Assembly: GCF_001194135.2 (NCBI RefSeq)
Contig: NC_068984.1
Coordinates: 146,176,369 to 146,231,571, forward strand
Reading direction: 5' to 3'
Length of the DNA: 55,203 bases
From: Octopus bimaculoides
Lineage: Eukaryota
Within the stretch, counting starts at the first letter, position 1; each line of letters begins with the position of its first letter. Below are positions 12,105 through 24,692 of the stretch, piece after piece. The notes under the pieces are model-generated. The model was given only the letters and a program-made list of their open reading frames with translations, was not told the DNA's origin and ran no database searches. The position numbers and the translations under genes were made by a program.

Positions 12105-12340
12105 CACCACTGATATTTTAATGTCCATTTCTATCTGTTATGGTGATCAGGACAGATTTGCCAGTGGGCGTCTTGATCCTCTCTTATCTCATCTCTTGAC
12201 CACCGGTCATCTCATCTATGAAGTCCCAACATCTTAAGATCTAATCTCACCATTTCTTTTGATATTTTCCTCCTCTATCCTGAGACAGTCCACTGACTTC
12301 ACCATCTAACACTCGGGTAACATGTTCATACCAGAATACC
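12105..12340 (-). mobile_element. Degenerate RTE LINE 3' end sharing the family-A terminus
   Basis: Minus strand gives WYEHV.. and VRLDLKMLGL..MT (RTE ORF2 C-terminal motifs), then ends ...aaatggacattaaa plus a degenerate (GAT/GGT)n tail like family A. Confidence 0.55.
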
Positions 12341-13713
12341 ATCAAATTATCATCATCATCATCATTTTAATGTCCACCTTTCCGTAATACTAAAATCTAC
12401 AGCTGGATGCCCTTCCTGTCACCAACTCTCACCTGCTTCCAACTGAGGTAATCTTTCTCCATGGTCAGATATGTTTCACAGAATATTGGAAATGAATGAC
12501 ACTGCTTCTATAACACAGACAATCATTTACAACTATCAAACAATATCAAGAACACACACTCACACAAACACACAAAAACAGATCAATACAAGCTACAGAT
12601 GTTTCAATAGCAAGGTAATTTATTCATAATTGGTATATTACACAATCTAAAATCACCTACTGTTTCATCAGGCATCTGAACTATCAGCAAATAAAAATCG
12701 ACTGCACACTGCTAACCAAACACATGCTGGAAGCTACCAAGCTGTTAATCACAGTTGAAACAATTGACATACACACACACAAACAGGCCTCTTTCAGTTT
12801 CTCTCCACCAAATCCACTCAGGCTTGTATTCCAGCCTGTTGTCTAACTAAACCTTATATTATGTATAGACAGCTAAAGGCTGTGTTCGTTTGAAACTTGT
12901 GCCTAAATCAATCCTAAACTAATAATAGACAAAGTTTAAACCAGGACTTGAGAACTATTTACACTCAGCGTAAGGTAACTTTAAATCAGAATGTAGAAAT
13001 TCCTATGTCAACACCTAAATAAATCTTAAAGTTTTATATACAAAAACCTTATCCTCATAGTTTAAAATTGCTGGTGCCATTACAGTGTTTTGTTTCAATG
13101 TTATACATTACTACAGGATACGAAGATAGAATTCTGAGGAGACTTTCTGACACAGCTGTTTTGGTGTTGTTTATTTGGCATCACAAATCAATCCACACTT
13201 ATCTGATGTCACCCCCACCCCCGCTGCTTATGTGTACCAGCATGTTTCTCTTTATGTGCCTGGGGAGAGGGGAAGTGTTTAGGTCAATTATATTCAATCA
13301 GTTAATTGTAATCTCTCTTTCTCTCTCACTATCTGCATGCATATATTTCTATGCACGCGTGTGCACGTGTGTGTGTGTGCCTCTAGTGTCAAAACAAGAT
13401 GAATGTCCAGTCAGACGTGCCAAATTGTCAGCATTCAAACAGCTGCACAATCACTTCATTCCCCCCAAAAAGTAGGTAGATGTAAATAACTTATCTGTTT
13501 ATAAAACATCTTTGTGGACAAAGAAAGAAAAATCAGCTGAGCTACTTTCAATCCCATGTTGGGATTTCATCAGCAATTAAGGATCCGTTTAACTGTCAAC
13601 AGAGCCACAACTTAGAAACCCTTGACTAAGGGCTTAATTAAATTAAGGTTGTCTGTGAGATCCTCCTTTTTCAGTCCAGGAACATACAGCACATACCAAG
13701 ATGGTAATTATAT

Positions 13714-13777
<64 letters not shown>

Positions 13778-13779
<2 letters not shown>

Positions 13780-13945
13780 CATCATCATCGTTTAACATCA
13801 GTTTTCCATGCTGGCATGGGTTGGATGGTTCGACTGGGGTCTGGGAAGCCAGGAGGCTGCACCAGGCTCCAGTCTGATCTGGCAGTATTTTCTACAGCTG
13901 GAAGCCCTTCCTAACACCAACCACTCTGAGAGTGTAGTAGGGGCT
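13778..13945 (-). mobile_element. Family A retroelement, truncated by an assembly gap
   Basis: Same diagnostic motif; runs into the N-gap at 13946. Confidence 0.85.
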
Positions 13946-14429
13946 NNNNNNNNNNNNNNNNNNNNNNNNNNNNNNNNNNNNNNNNNNNNNNNNNNNNNNN
14001 NNNNNNNNNNNNNNNNNNNNNNNNNNNNNNNNNNNNNNNNNNNNNNNNNNNNNNNNNNNNNNNNNNNNNNNNNNNNNNNNNNNNNNNNNNNNNNNNNNNN
14101 NNNNNNNNNNNNNNNNNNNNNNNNNNNNNNNNNNNNNNNNNNNNNNNNNNNNNNNNNNNNNNNNNNNNNNNNNNNNNNNNNNNNNNNNNNNNNNNNNNNN
14201 NNNNNNNNNNNNNNNNNNNNNNNNNNNNNNNNNNNNNNNNNNNNNNNNNNNNNNNNNNNNNNNNNNNNNNNNNNNNNNNNNNNNNNNNNNNNNNNNNNNN
14301 NNNNNNNNNNNNNNNNNNNNNNNNNNNNNNNNNNNNNNNNNNNNNNNNNNNNNNNNNNNNNNNNNNNNNNNNNNNNNNNNNNNNNNNNNNNNNNNNNNNN
14401 NNNNNNNNNNNNNNNNNNNNNNNNNNNNN
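13946..14429. other. Assembly gap (largest)
   Basis: N-run. Other gaps: 7940-8108, 9841-9990, 21559-21568, 23210-23688, 30855-30864, 32846-32910, 35380-35440, 51582-51591 and 53670-53765. Confidence 1.
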
Positions 14430-16055
14430 GCAAGAAAGTCTATATTTTGAATAGTTTTTACATAAAACATAATAGCTAAAAGTAATTACGAGAACATGTT
14501 GGCCCTATTTGCTTTGAGATCTCATGGGCTTGTGACCTTTCCCTAAGCACTTTAATGACTTAACTGGTACAACATATTGTAATGAAGAGGGAAAAGGAAA
14601 AAAAAAAAAATGAGACATTATTTAAGGAGTGGAAATACTGAGAATGAATTATCTTCATTTTCAGATCACGTTTAATAATAATAATGATTGTCTTTATGAA
14701 CAAATGCCTCGTTAAACATTTGATCTCAAAATGGGCATTGAATAAGCCAATCACTAGTTAATTGGAGACTACAGAAATACATGGTGAGGTACCCCCAGAT
14801 ACAAATGATTCTCTAAAAAAGCAAATTTGGAAAATGAACAGTTTTTCTGAAGAAAATAAAAATTGCATACTGAGCTGAAATTTGATCAACAAACTAGAAG
14901 CAGGCCATGAACATGTATAACTCGGTTGGAGAGCATAGACAAATGCAGGGACAAGTTGTATGGCAAACAATTTTTCTGATGAAAATTATATTCAGTCAAC
15001 AAACTGAAGTTTGAACAACAAACCAGAAGCTAACTCTGCACACCTCGAAGTGGCTGCGAGAATCTGTACAAACAGTTTGTCAATGTCTGTGTATACGTTT
15101 CATGTAGCTTGCAAATTTTCATATTTTATGGTGAAAATAATAATATTTCTCATATTTTTTGATGAAAGACTAAACATGGAATGACAGAAGCAAAACAAAA
15201 AAAAAATGCACACAAACACACACAGTTCTGTATTTACTATTGATGGCTGGCATTAGGAAAGGCATCCAAGACCATGCCAAAGCAGACAATGGAGCTTGGT
15301 GCCAGTCTCTAGCTAACCACCCATGTCAAACCATCCAACTCATGCCAGCATGGAAAACATGTTAAATGATGGTGATGATGGTTAGACAGGCAAATAAAAC
15401 ACTGCATGCCTTTACGTCAAGTTTGGGTGTGGCTAAGAACAGATTACTCTTATCTATGCTATTTTAATTATTCCTGTAATGAACAATTTCGTTAATGAAC
15501 TGGGCTCCAGAATGGATCATGTTCATTTAAAGAGAGACTGCTGTATACTGGTAATTATAAAGAGGTCTATGGAAACTCTTAAAGGGTTTAGAATCAACCA
15601 TAAAGTTTATATATATACACAATCTAGAGAACACATTTTGTGTCTGACCTGTCCTTATATATAATCCCAAAATGGAAGCAGGATTTGCGGTGATTGTAAA
15701 TCAGTCACATTGCAAACAAACATTCAGACAAGATTTTGGCTATGATTAAAAATTGAATGGAAAACTGTAGAAAAGGTTTAATATTTAGAAGATTGGGTCA
15801 AAATGAAAAGACGTTAAGACTCATGGCAAAATACTCCACACAAAACAACTAGTTTATTGCAGAGGTCACAAAAACCAGCAGGAAAAACTGAGGTTTAAAA
15901 TTACTCAAGATGTACTCAGTGAAAATAACGAACACACAAAAGGTCCAATGGAGTCTCACAAAGGTTATGAAAAGAGTTTTAAGTCCTACCCTGCCACCAA
16001 CCCATAAAACCTAACAATGTCTGAAACAACAGAAGTTATTAAGTAAATTACTTAC

Positions 16056-16262
16056 CAGATTGAGAGTTTGAAATAGGAATGCACTTGACTGACTGATTCT
16101 TCATGAAACCAGGCTTACAGATACATACACCCTTATCTGTGCTTATTGCTGCACACATCTCATTCTCTTCACACTGATTGGTTGCATTTACTTGGCAGTA
16201 AAACTGGCTGTTGGGTGATGGGCTGTTTGTGGGTTCAGTTGACCCTACAGTCTGTGATTTGA
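16056..16262 (-). CDS. KIAA0319L: KIAA0319/KIAA0319L-like gene, exon A: EGF-like 6-Cys module (207 nt, phase 1-1)
   Basis: Acceptor ttatttcag|TC at 16262 and donor TCTG|gtaagt at 16056. Open frame: KSQTVGSTEPTNSPSPNSQFYCQVNATNQCEENEMCAAISTDKGVCICKPGFMKNQSVKCIPISNSQS(G), with Cys spacing C-x7-C-x5-C-x9-C-x-C-x11-C. Its phase matches exon B. The family name rests on the downstream PKD exon. Confidence 0.85.
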
Positions 16263-16492
16263 CTGAAATAAGTCAGAAATTAAAGTTAAATACAAGACCT
16301 TCATCAATGTGTGTGTGTGTGTGTGTGATTTATGTTTGAGCTTTGTAATTGTTGTGTGCATGGATCTACAAAAAAGAATGTCACACAATATGGCAACCAC
16401 AACATGTAGATAAAGTAGACCCTCGTTAACAATATAATACTGCAGCTGGTCACCATAATTAGTAAGCCATGTTGTTTTCTTGATTAACAGAT

Positions 16493-16666
16493 GCAGGCAT
16501 GACAGTGAGGCTAACAAGCTCACTCTGCAACCACCTGATTTCAGGTTCAGTTCTACTGCACAGTACCCTGAATACTTGGGCAGCTCTCTTCTACAATAGT
16601 CCTGGGCCAACCAATATGCTTGTGAGTGAATTGGTAAATAGAAACTGTGAGGAAGCCATGGTATAT

Positions 16667-16702
<36 letters not shown>
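16493..16702 (+). mobile_element. Family B tRNA-derived SINE, 230 bp from the exon A acceptor
   Basis: gcaggcatgacagtgagg...caggttcagttctactgc...cttgggcagc...ttgtgagtgaattggta followed by (TG)n. Confidence 0.75.
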
Positions 16703-16704
<2 letters not shown>

Positions 16705-19069
16705 ACCATCAGTGCCAAAAAGTACTTTTACCAAAACAGGCTGAATGTCCAGTCAGCCGTGCTAAACCATCAGCAGCAGCTGCACCCAATTGACTCGTTC
16801 TATTCTTGCAAGAACACATGTTGCACAGGTTTGCTGCACTGTGTCAAGAACTAGGATACTTAAACCTGTAAATGGCCCAAAGTTACTGGCAGCAAAAGAA
16901 ACGGCAGGATAAGGGGATCAATTCACCATTAAGAGCAAAAGCACAATAAAAAAAAAAGTATGAGATTCATTAGTTTGTATAGAGCAAGTTCCAACTTGTC
17001 ATTAGGGAGGGTCTAGAGAAGAGGCAACTGGAAAGCATGGCACTGTAACGTGCCACAGAATCACTGGGTAAAGACCATTTCCCAATGATACCTTACACCA
17101 TATAAGTTTATGGGTGGTGGTGGTGAAGATAGTGTAGTTCAGGGAATGATGGTGGTGGAGCTGTCAGTAGCAGTGATGAGGATGACAACAACAAATATGA
17201 TAGTAATAGTGGTGGTAGTGGTGGTGGGAGCAGCAGTAGTGACATGGATGATAGCTGGGGACAGAGGTGGGGGGGGTGATGACGATGAATCATGTGTACT
17301 GATTTGAGAGAGTTGTTTCAGGCAGTAAATTCCCCCATGACATTCTCCAGTTTCATGAAAGGATTTGAACCCACCACCCACCACTGCAATTATGTTCCTG
17401 CTTCTTACAACAACAATAAATCATTAAACTAATTTACAGTTCATTACACAAACTAGATTAATTGCTGAGAGTTAAGTATCTTAGTTGGGAGCAGAGGGCA
17501 GAGCTAGTGATGTATTAACACATCATTAACCCTTTAACTTGATCACCACAAATTCCCAATCGTTATTTTCTGTTTTTACACAATTAGATATTTATTGGTT
17601 CAATCTTCGTTTTTGTTTACTTTCGTTACATTTGACTTCACTAATCTCTTCGTTAATTTGTCTTTCAGTGTATTCATTTTATTGATTAAAGGTTATCGAT
17701 TCTGGTTATTGATTACGTTACGTGATCGTAGGCTAGAACTGGAAGCAGAAAAGTGTTTTTGAAATAATTAGAGTACCTGACAAATTTTGTTTAACTTCGT
17801 TTGGCTATACTTTGAGTTCAAGTCCTGTTAGGATCAACTCTGCAAATGAAAAACCAATAATATTCATGTGAAGCATCGACTGGTATTTTGTCCAGTTGAC
17901 GAAACAATTCCTAACCAAAAGTAAATCTTTTAACATTGTGCGCCCCAAGAGAAATAATTATCATTATACTTTTAATGTCCACTTTTCCATGCCTGCATTG
18001 GTCAGAGTTTATTGAAGCAGATTCTTTCTACAGCGAGATGCCCTTTCTGTTGCCAAGTCCTATCCATTTCCAAGCAGGGTAATAAATATTTCACTGCGGT
18101 TTGACATGTTTTCAAAGAATACTGAAAGTGACTCTCATTCATTTACAACAATAACATCATATCAAGATAAAGAGATACATCTACACATACACATATATAT
18201 ATACAGAGGCTTCCTTCAGCTTCCGTCTTCTGAATTCACAAGGTTTTGGTCAGTCTGGGGCTATAGTAGAAGACACTTGCCTAAAGTACCACACAGTGGG
18301 ACTGAACCTGAAAACATGTGGATGGGAAGCAAACTTCCTAACCACATAACCATGCCTGCATCTATATCATTATTATTATTATTATTATTGCCATTATCAT
18401 TTTGAAATGTATTATAATAGTTAGAGCAGCAATGACATTTTCATTATGAAAATAGAGTGATAATATAGTGAGGCAAATAACAGGCACACATCATAGCACC
18501 AGCATACAAACTCTTTTGCTGTATCTAATGAAATAACACTGCCTTTTGTACAATAGCAGTGGCCAACTAAATCTAACTTGTAACAATAGTAGAGATGGAT
18601 GGAATGCTTCCATAACTGACCACTTTGGTCTTTGGCTCACACCATGAGGTATTTCAAGCTTTTAAGAGAACCTTAGCATGTGTACCATTATAGCGTCTTT
18701 GAAGTTCTTTCTTCAAAAGTGTAGGTTTCAGCTCTGTAGAAAAGGATTCTTTCAATACATGCCTTGAAGAAAGAGTCAACTTAATTGACTTTGAAATACC
18801 TGATCGCCAGGTGTTGTGAAGCTTGTTACAGACACTTCGCTCTTGCCACCACCCCAACCCCCTTTTCTCTCTTATCTCTCTATTTCTCTTTTCTTATTGT
18901 GTGTGTGTGTGTGGGGGGGGTCTTTATCATTTACATGTATACATTTATTCATTACATGCTACTACTTGTGCATGTGTGTGTGTATGTGTGTCTACACACA
19001 CACACACGTGTGTATATATGTACATATATATATATATACATGCATATGCTTATATATCATTTGCATTCA

Positions 19070-19159
19070 TTTAATGTCCGCTTTCCATGCTAGCATGGGT
19101 TGGATGATTTCCTCAGTCAAATCGTCCAACCCATGCTAGCATGGAAAGCGGACATTAAA
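19070..19159. repeat. Near-perfect 41-bp inverted repeat with 8-nt loop, made from the family A 3' end
   Basis: 19070-19110 pairs with 19119-19159 at every position except 19105/19124. Loop cctcagtc. Confidence 0.95.
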
Positions 19160-19178
19160 CGATGATCATGATGAACAA

Positions 19179-19180
<2 letters not shown>

Positions 19181-19241
<61 letters not shown>

Positions 19242-19256
19242 GATAGATAGATAGAT
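19181..19256. repeat. (AT)n followed by (AGAT)n microsatellite
   Basis: Read directly. Confidence 0.95.
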
Positions 19257-19759
19257 GTAAGATCCAGGGACTGAAGTGTAGGAAGAAAGTCAGCTTCAAG
19301 CAATCCATAGAGAATATAAAAAAAAAAATTTTTTAAACAACTTTCAGGAACAGAAGTGGTTTATTGAGGCAGAAGGTTGTGGATTTTTTTTTTCTTTATC
19401 GAAGAATGAGGAGTTGAAAATAAAGTTCTTTTTATGTTCCTTGGTAGGCAACCAGGGTTGCCAAGTGCACACACACACACACACGCACGTGCTTGTATAT
19501 ATCTATATAAACCCATATATAAAATACATATACATTACATATGTTTACATATACATACACACACACACACACATGCCCATATATAAAATAAATTATATAT
19601 ATATATATATAAAATAAATTATATATATATATACACACATACATATTTCAAAATGCATACATATAAAAACATTATACAGTGTGTGTGTGTGTGTGTGTGT
19701 GTGTATGTAAGAAGAGAATAATTAATGTTGTGACACGTGTAGTACAAGTCTTATCTTAC

Positions 19760-19807
19760 AGTGCAGTGTAGGCAGAATAAACACTGCCTGGTTTGCAAAG
19801 AAAATCG
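19760..19807 (-). other. Candidate 48-nt cassette exon upstream of exon A
   Basis: Very strong acceptor (cccccctttttttttagtctctttttccag|) and donor ACT|gtaaga. Open in all three frames; the phase-1 reading xIFFANQAVFILPTLH would join exon A in frame. No homology recognised. Confidence 0.3.
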
Positions 19808-20987
19808 CTGGAAAAAGAGACTAAAAAAAAAGGGGGGAAACACAAAACACAAAACAACAGCTTAGCTTTGAGTTGCAGATCAATCAATAGACACAAGATT
19901 TCACCTGACTTGACCTCTTATTGATCACAATAGAGAGAGAATTATCCATCAAGTGCAATGAAAGTGAGAACTATCTTTCTATAGAGCCACCTGACTATAT
20001 TTTATAGGTAAATATTTGCAGAGATTAAGTCGTTGATTCTATGCTGATTAAGGCTTGCTATCTTCAATTAAAAAGTCTCATTTGTCTGCAGAAGGCAGTG
20101 TTGGTGTGTGGAGACATTGCCTGAAGGCTATTTATTGGGGGGGTTTTCAAGGGTTTTTGAGGTCTGTTGCTTTGTAAGGGAAACACCTTGAGAGTTTGTT
20201 CCCATAGCCCATCTCTATCACCCATAATCTCCTCTATAGCACAACACCTGTGCTTGTTCCCCTCTCATGCTTCTGCCTTTCAACACCTGGCACACAGCCA
20301 CTCACTTCTACCTTGCCCCTTTCAAGTACTTCCGCCTAGTAGTGAGAGCTTTTCTCTTTTCTGTTAACCTGTTCTATTCTGTCTTGCAAGTTTCATGGCA
20401 ACCTCACTGGTGCCAGTGGCATGGAAAAGCACCCAGTACACTCTGCAAAGTGGTTGGCATTCAGCTGTAGAAACCATGCCAAAGATGATATTGGAGTTTG
20501 ACACAACCCAGCAGCTCACCAGTTCCTTGTGAAACCATCCTACCTGTGCCACTATGGAAAGCAGAAGTGAAACAATTATAATCAATAAAAGGACATGTGA
20601 TAAAGGGATTGAATAAAAATCGTCATGTTTAATATAATTAAGATATTCTAAATGTTTTAGATTTGTCCAGTGTTGTGGTGAAGAGAGAAAGAGTTCAATG
20701 GATGCAAACTATTTTGTTTTCTTGTTAATAAAAGGGGGAAAATGGGGAAAATTTTCCTACAATTTTTGGGAAGGACTGGCATTTGTTAGTATTAGACTGA
20801 GTAGAGGGGGTACATTTAGAATTGATAAAATAAGGGACATGTAGGTGTGATGTTGTGTAGAGGGAATGTAAGGGTGGAAAAGTGTAAAATAGTATTTTCT
20901 AGAAGTGAGTTTTGAGGAACCCCCACGGTTCCAATGAAATAAAAGACCATCCTCAATAAAAGTTAATAAAATACTGCAAAGCATTCG

Positions 20988-21330
20988 CATCATCATCATC
21001 ATAATTTAACGTCCGTTTTCCAAGCTGGCATGGGTTGGACAGTTGAACAGGAGCTGGTGAGCCAAAAGGCTGCACTAGGCTTCAGCTGTTTGCTTTGGCA
21101 GGGTTTCTATGGCAGGATGCCTTTCCTAACCCAGGCTGCTTTATAGATTGTACTGGATGCTTTTCACAATGCACTGGCACAAGTGCATTTTATGTGGCAC
21201 CAGCACCAGTGGGGTCTCCAAGTAACTTGCAAGACAAAGACTTCTTAGTTGAGAGAGGGGGGAGTGGAACTGACGGAAGTGACTGTGTGCCAAGTGAGAG
21301 AGTATAACCAAGGGGCCGAGATAGTCGTCT
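20988..21330 (-). mobile_element. Family A retroelement with upstream extension
   Basis: (CAT)n tail plus family A core, continuing into ccaagtaacttgcaagacaaaga, which is also seen at ~4300-4620, ~37900-38330 and ~47590-47760. Confidence 0.75.
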
Positions 21331-23168
21331 GACCATGGAGGAGATACTTGGCTACCCCCAGAAGAAGAAAGGTTGGTGAGAGAAAGAAAGATAGAGACAC
21401 AGTCAGAGGGAAAGAGGAAATATATTGGGGCCCACCCACAGTGAACAGTGTGTGGGGAGAGATATAAGTAGCACCGAGGGGATAAAGGGGGTTGTTCCAT
21501 ACGAGTGTGAGGGGATATGTTTAGAAATAGGGAAGACCTGAGTGGAGCAAGTGAGAGGNNNNNNNNNNAAGGTTGGTGAGAGAAAGAAAGATAGAGACAC
21601 AGTCAGAGGGAAAGAGGAAATATATTGGGGCCCACCCACAGTGAACAGTGTGTGGGGAGAGATATAAGTAGCACCGAGGGGATAAAGGGGGTTGTTTTGA
21701 CAGAGGTCAGACAATGGCATGGGGTGGGGGTGGCGGGTGACCATCACTATTAAATGACCCTGCCAATTTGACCTCTTTGACCATAGGCCTGCTGGATCAA
21801 AGCTAATCAAGGCCCAATAAGAAACGGTCAAACATTCCACTAATACCTCCACTCAACATGGACCACAAAGATGACCAGTGCTGACATTGGACAGCTGACC
21901 TTTCACAGCCTCAAATCACCACAAATGACATTGGCCACTTGACCTTTCTCTGCTGTACACTTTACTAACACACATTCTCCCAAAGTGGACACAGGTTTGG
22001 TTGATTCCATCGATTATATTTATTGATTGCAAAAGGTTGGCTCCTTCCCTGCCGCCTCCATTGCAGACAGTGGTTGCACATTACCAATGCCATCATTGCC
22101 ATCTTCCTCACAAACCAATTCTACATCATCACTGCTATCAATGCCGCCATCAGTCAATCTTCCATACAAACACTACCACTCACCCTGCCAACACCATCTG
22201 CCACCACAACCACTGCTACTACACCACCACCACCCTGACAATGACTACTGTCACCAACACCATTAACTTCCACTAAAACATTACAACCATCCCCACCCTC
22301 CCACCACTATTCTCAACCCCAACATGATACATGAACTTACGGCAGAGCCTTCATGTGATTGCTTGACGTGCTAGAAACAGCAGCCAAAACTCATCAAATT
22401 ACACTTCCATTCTAAACAAGGAAAGACTGTATTCGATAATGTAACAATCCAAGGAACTCCTAAAAAGACAAAGTGGTGGCCGGCCATGCTAGAGTACTTT
22501 TGGTCAGCTGGTATTTCAATTGTACCAGTAAGCAGGAGGTGCTCAGGCATTGACCAGTGGCCAGTGTGGAAGTTTCTCAAGAAAACAAACAACCAGCTGT
22601 CCATACAGGAACAACTAAGTCTAAGTAATTTTTCCATCTGTGACCACCACATTGAGCTGCAATCAGTTCTGGTTAAACTTTCTGCTGCTCCGGTCTTTCA
22701 CTGCTCTGTTATTTTTGCTGTTTAATCCCAAGTCAAATTTGATCCAACAAACCTATGATCAAGGACATTCCAGCTGCAACAGAGTCTGTTCCGTTACCAT
22801 ATTATGGTCTTCAGTGCCACTTCATTGGATACAAGAGTCTACTGCCTTCACTCTGGGCTGAACCAATGCTTTCAGAATGGAATCGGGAGACAAACTTTAT
22901 GGACCTCCTCTTTCTCTCGTGTGTGTGTGTGTGCGTGTGTGTGTGCACGTTTACTTTCTTACATGGCTGTGTGAAGTCCGTTCTCCAAACACACAGTTCT
23001 AGGTTCAGTCCCACTGATTGACACCTTCGGCAAGCATCTTCTAATATGGCCCCGAGTACTTATTCTATCATTCTCTTTTTGCCAAACCGCTAAGTTATGG
23101 GGACGTAAACACACCATCATCGGTTGTCAAGCGATGTTGGGGGAACAAACACAAACACATAAACATAT

Positions 23169-23209
<41 letters not shown>

Positions 23210-23804
23210 NNNNNNNNNNNNNNNNNNNNNNNNNNNNNNNNNNNNNNNNNNNNNNNNNNNNNNNNNNNNNNNNNNNNNNNNNNNNNNNNNNNNNNNNNNN
23301 NNNNNNNNNNNNNNNNNNNNNNNNNNNNNNNNNNNNNNNNNNNNNNNNNNNNNNNNNNNNNNNNNNNNNNNNNNNNNNNNNNNNNNNNNNNNNNNNNNNN
23401 NNNNNNNNNNNNNNNNNNNNNNNNNNNNNNNNNNNNNNNNNNNNNNNNNNNNNNNNNNNNNNNNNNNNNNNNNNNNNNNNNNNNNNNNNNNNNNNNNNNN
23501 NNNNNNNNNNNNNNNNNNNNNNNNNNNNNNNNNNNNNNNNNNNNNNNNNNNNNNNNNNNNNNNNNNNNNNNNNNNNNNNNNNNNNNNNNNNNNNNNNNNN
23601 NNNNNNNNNNNNNNNNNNNNNNNNNNNNNNNNNNNNNNNNNNNNNNNNNNNNNNNNNNNNNNNNNNNNNNNNNNNNNNNNNNNNNNNNGTGCCCTGGAAG
23701 ACAATAGGTGCAGAGGTGGTGGCATCAGAGGTCAGACTATTTAACCTTTGAACTTTTTAGGAATATTAAATAACTTAACAGTAATTTTACTTTACTTCAT
23801 TTTG

Positions 23805-23851
<47 letters not shown>

Positions 23852-24184
23852 GCAACCTCATATAACCTTACCACCCAAGACCTTCATTAGCATTTCAGAG
23901 TTATTAAGGAATAAATTTCAATTCTGTTCTCACCCCACTTTGCAATTGATTTGTTTTATTTTCCCCCCTGCCCCATTCTCTTTTTTCCTCTTCAGTCTCA
24001 ACTTTCTCTTTCTACTGTTTCTCCAACTCTTCACACGCATTATATCCCCACCCATCCAAACAACAACAAACTCACCAATCACAAGAATGCAAAGATAGCC
24101 TAGTGTTAAAATTCTCAAGTAATTATTCCCAACCAATAACAACCGTTAATATTTCATTCACACTTAAAGAGGAAAAGAGAGAAC

Positions 24185-24223
<39 letters not shown>

Positions 24224-24482
24224 ACTAAAAGAAAAATGGAAAATAAAAGAGTAAGATGGCTGATTAAAGCAAGTCTTTTAGTAAAGGATAGCAATTAGAA
24301 ATAGCAACTTGTGTGTTAAACCAAGCATATGTTGTATAATGAAGAACTGTAGTTTGCTTTCCTTGATCACACACAACATGAAACAAAGGTGTTCCAGGCA
24401 TGACCATTCCTACTTTCTTATTCACACAGAGCATCTTGGAGTATATTATTTGCATCCTTGCTTTTCTTTTTCATGGGATTAA

Positions 24483-24692
24483 CCCTTTCGATACCAACCT
24501 GGCTGAAACTGGTTCTGGCTCTGGTAATACAAATGTCTTGTTTTCATAAGTTTTGAATTAAAATCTTCCATCAAACCTTAGTCACAATTTATGTTCTGAA
24601 CACCAGTTGAATGATAACCAAGTTATTTTACTAAATCCTTTGTTATACTTAAAATTAAGTGAAAGAAACACAGAGCATCTCAACAGAAAGGG
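24483..24692. mobile_element. piggyBac-like MITE
   Basis: TTAA-CCCTTTC...GAAAGGG-TTAA, with TTAA at 24479-24482 and 24693-24696. A related internal segment lies at ~46300-46450. Confidence 0.75.

Noticed and set aside
16730-16845. Cys-containing open frame (NLCNMCSCKNR...HSACF) with a possible donor
   Set aside because: It overlaps the motif repeated at 13391, has a weak acceptor, and its Cys spacing does not fit MANEC or EGF.
17110-17384. Thr-rich minus ORF (VTTAAPTTTTTT) near exon A that could be another mucin exon
   Set aside because: It is a degenerate (GGT/GTA/GAT)n tract. There is no usable donor before the stop, and both strands give low-complexity ORFs.
21369-21696. Identical 128-bp direct repeat (21369-21496 and 21569-21696) exactly 200 bp apart
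   Set aside because: The second copy starts immediately after a 10-N gap. Most likely a contig-overlap or haplotype assembly artefact; long reads would decide.
22001-22320. Overlapping His/Thr/Pro-rich plus-strand ORFs; similar tract at 37170-37400
   Set aside because: Decayed (CAC/CAT/ACC)n simple repeat with no splice or domain support.
24076-24162. Exon-like segment with strong GTGAGT donor and a hydrophobic, signal-like reading (YLRILTLGYLCILVIG)
   Set aside because: There is an in-frame TAA upstream and no ATG or good acceptor after it. The other two frames also contain stops. At most a non-coding exon.
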